This document shows positions 62,156-64,000 of a stretch of DNA of 64,000 nucleotides, piece by piece. Position 1 is the stretch's first letter. Each line of letters begins with the position of its first letter. The notes beneath the pieces were generated by a model, which saw only the letters and a program-made list of their open reading frames with translations, made no database searches and was not told where the DNA came from. The translations under genes and the position numbers were made by a program. The stretch spans positions 23,670-87,669 of the forward strand of contig JAUCBJ010008352.1 in assembly GCA_032718475.1 (NCBI GenBank), read 5' to 3'. The DNA is from Nemertoderma westbladi (lineage: Eukaryota; Animalia; Xenacoelomorpha).

Positions 62156-62642
62156 CTACTACTACTACTATCGGCATGTTGCATTGCGGCTGCATTAATT
62201 ATATCAAATATATTAAGAAAGATGTGTCGGCTTGTCGATAAAATTGCTCCACCTCAACTCCCTATCACCCATGACATTTGCTAGATCATCCGCATCTTCA
62301 AGTCCAGTGTTCTTTAAAATGCGTCTCAAGAAAGTCATGGGCTTACCACCATACATAGTCGTTCCATGAGGCCGCCAAAGCACAAGATTATGCACAGGCT
62401 GGTCCACACTGTGAAAGCAATGTCCTACAAGGCGGTGGCAGCTCAGTTTCAGCAAAAGCTTTCGGAGACTAATGAAACACTTCCGATGTTGTTCAGAGTC
62501 TGGTTATGGAGATGTGTTCGTTCTTCTTGACACAATGACCCCGGCGTAGCATTATTGTGAATGTGCCATCCAGTCAGTCAGTCAGAGACCAGCATGGACT
62601 CCCATCTAAGAAGGCTGTCTCTACTGCTGCCCTAAATAAACT
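62156..62642 (-). mobile_element. Older RTE 3' fragment (duplicate of 57668-58112)
   Basis: ORF 62213-62455 HRLVGHCF...LVLWRP. Same flanks as the 57.7-kb copy. Confidence 0.75.
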
Positions 62643-64000
62643 CTAAAAGGTTCACGTGTGATATCAACAATTGGTACATTTGCCACAATATTATGCGAAC
62701 TTTTCAGAGTTCTGGTGTTTTACTCTTAACGCAGTAAAGTACCGTATTGCAGCGTTGCGGCCTATAGGACGAACGTACTTATACTTCTATAACTAACTAT
62801 CACTAACTTAGTAATAATAATCTCTTAAACACGTCTGTATTCTTCTGCATAGCTTCATAGCAACCATTATATGCTAATTTTATAATTGTTTACCGTAACT
62901 TTGTTGTAACAACTGCAATTATTTTAGTGATACAAATTAAATTGGATATGAATTACATCAATATTCCTAATTATTCCAATATCAAGTAATGAAAACTTTA
63001 AACATGAAACTGATACCGAAAATGAAGTCAGAGTCCAAAAAACAGACATTTCCAAGATTTAAGCTTTATAGGGTGTCATATTGTATTTTGACAGACAGAT
63101 CGACTGACAAACGGACGACATAAAACTGCAAAAATGCTGCCAAACATGAAAACTGATACCATAAATGATGTCAGAGTCCAAGAAAATAGACATTCTCAAG
63201 ATTTTAGCATTTGTAGGGTGTCATATTGTATTTTGACAGACAGATCGACTGACAAACGGACGACATAAAACTTTAAAAATGCTGCCAAATATGAAAACTG
63301 ATACCGTAATTGAAGTCAGAATCCAAAAAAACATACATTCCCAAGATTTAAGATTTGTAGGGTGTCATATTGTATTTTGACAGACAGATCGACTGACAAA
63401 CAGACAGAGGTATACAAACTGTAAAAATACTTCCAAACATGAAAACTGCTACCGTAAATTAAGTCAGAATCCAAGAAAGCAGAATTTCCCAGGATTTTAG
63501 CTTTGTAGGGTGTCATATAGTATTTTGACAAAACTGACAAACGGACAGACATAAAACTTTACAAATGCTGCCAAACATGAAAATTGATACCGTAAATAAA
63601 ATCTGAACTCTAGCTTTATAGCAACCATTATATGCTAAGTTTATGATTGTTTACCGAAACTTTGTTGTAATAACTGCAATTATTTAGTGATACAAATTAA
63701 ATTGGATATTAATTACATCAATATTCCTAGTTATTCCAATAGCAAAATGAAAACTTTAATAAAATCGAAATTACTCGAACTTTTCTGAGAATAATATCTA
63801 TTTAGATAAACCAGCCCCCACGAACTACATTACAAACTCTAGACTGGAATATAGTTTAATAAAATGTGCATGGAACTTGAAATAAGCACTGGAAATTTCA
63901 ATGCGTTGCGTTGCATGTCTTATTTTAAATAATATTCGGTTTATTTTAAGTCTAATTACACTGTTATACGGCTGTATATCATATTTCAACCTTAATTCAA

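Larger units (their letters stand above)
59225..63600. repeat. Further ~146-bp satellite arrays (59225-59794, 61134-61975, 63000-63600)
   Basis: Same monomer as 55190-57485, interrupted by RTE insertions and duplicated unique blocks. Confidence 0.9.

Noticed and set aside
55165-63552. Short ORFs in the satellite (MSVFLDSDFIYCISF...) and in the 15- and 21-bp repeats
   Set aside because: These are translations of tandem repeats with no coding signature.

Overview
This is a repeat-saturated, AT-rich eukaryotic window, most likely from an invertebrate animal. No host gene is recognisable. It holds three minus-strand BEL/Pao-type LTR retrotransposons. Element A (1-6241) has a putative 5' LTR plus broken gag and protease and runs off the left edge. 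Element B (14432-27045) has two ~98% identical LTRs and a decayed gag but no pol. Element C (37470-49731) has a complete gag-pol plus a 3' zinc-knuckle ORF and is followed by a truncated tandem copy. Also present are a decayed BEL/Pao pol fragment, a near-intact CR1/L2-type LINE, a decayed second LINE, several RTE-like LINE pieces, a tRNA-derived SINE with TSD, and a ~146-bp satellite. Three observations stand out. (1) The pol-less element B carries, in the env slot, a ~1300-codon cargo frame with a WRN/Mut-7/EXD-like DEDDy 3'-5' exonuclease fold (fourth acidic residue replaced by Ser) fused to a triple zinc-knuckle module. (2) The same triple-knuckle module forms the 3' accessory ORF of the otherwise dissimilar element C. 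(3) Element C has no tRNA primer-binding site. Instead, the 9 nt abutting its LTR are complementary to the predicted 5' end of its own transcript, suggesting Tf1-like self-priming in a BEL/Pao element. All domain calls are by-eye motif recognition, not database searches.
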